DNA of 14,978 bases from Oligoflexales bacterium (GTDB taxonomy: Bacteria; Bdellovibrionota_B; Oligoflexia; Oligoflexales; Bog-1112). Below are positions 14,839 to 14,978 of the stretch, piece by piece; within the stretch, counting starts at the first letter, position 1, and the number at the start of each line of letters is the position of its first letter. The notes beneath the pieces were generated by a model. That model ran no database searches, had not been told where the DNA came from, and saw only the letters and a program-made list of their open reading frames with translations. The stretch covers positions 1 to 14,978 of the forward strand of contig JBGCDR010000377.1 in the NCBI GenBank assembly GCA_045105515.1, read 5' to 3'. A program made the position numbers and the translations under genes.

Positions 14839-14978
14839 TGCTCGGTCATGTCCAATTTGACCCACCCAGTCATGTAAAACTGACCCACCACGGAGCCATA
14901 GGCGACGACCTTAAAAATCTCCTATCAGCTTAATATTGAATCAGCAACATTATTGAATGATTTACGATAAGAATCTCC
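14839..14978 (-). mobile_element. Right end of an IS21-family insertion sequence (continues beyond the window)
   Basis: Terminal TG (5'-TGCTCGGTCATG) followed by two tandem repeats, GTCATGT-ccaatt-TGACCCACC and GTCATGT-aaaac-TGACCCACC (14846-14889), typical of IS21 transposase-binding ends. Adjacent to the istB C-terminus. Confidence 0.88.
14925..14978 (-). CDS. istB: IS21 helper ATPase IstB, C-terminal 17 aa (partial)
   Basis: Minus strand reads GDSYRKSFNNVADSILS*. GxSYR is the conserved IstB C-terminal motif, and it lies next to the IS21-type end. Confidence 0.8.
   Translation of the reverse strand, partial: GDSYRKSFNNVADSILS

Overview
The left ~12.9 kb is the distal end of a probable genomic island integrated at the tmRNA (ssrA) 3' end. 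An orphan 31-nt tmRNA 3' fragment at 12858-12888 is preceded by arm-type and IHF-like motifs, which fits an att site. The cargo looks like a defence or DNA-modification island. It carries a WYL-domain regulator whose apparent N-terminal wHTH is cut off by an in-frame TAA at codon 3, a divergent and translationally coupled SPL-like radical SAM + ASCH pair, and a cold-shock-domain gene directly upstream of a fused Type IIG-like REase-m6A MTase. Divergent from the latter is a 1412-aa fusion of a Z1-domain SF2 helicase-like module with a Cas4/RecB-like Fe-S nuclease and a DUF2779/RNase H-like module, followed by a single-TM protein. Right of the att site the DNA is more AT-rich by eye and looks like host backbone. 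It holds a REP-like palindrome, a hypothetical gene, an L,D-transpeptidase-family gene, a symmetric bidirectional promoter/operator, and a probable exported-protein gene interrupted by the right end of an IS21-family element (istB C-terminus). All calls rest on motif recognition by eye; no searches were run.
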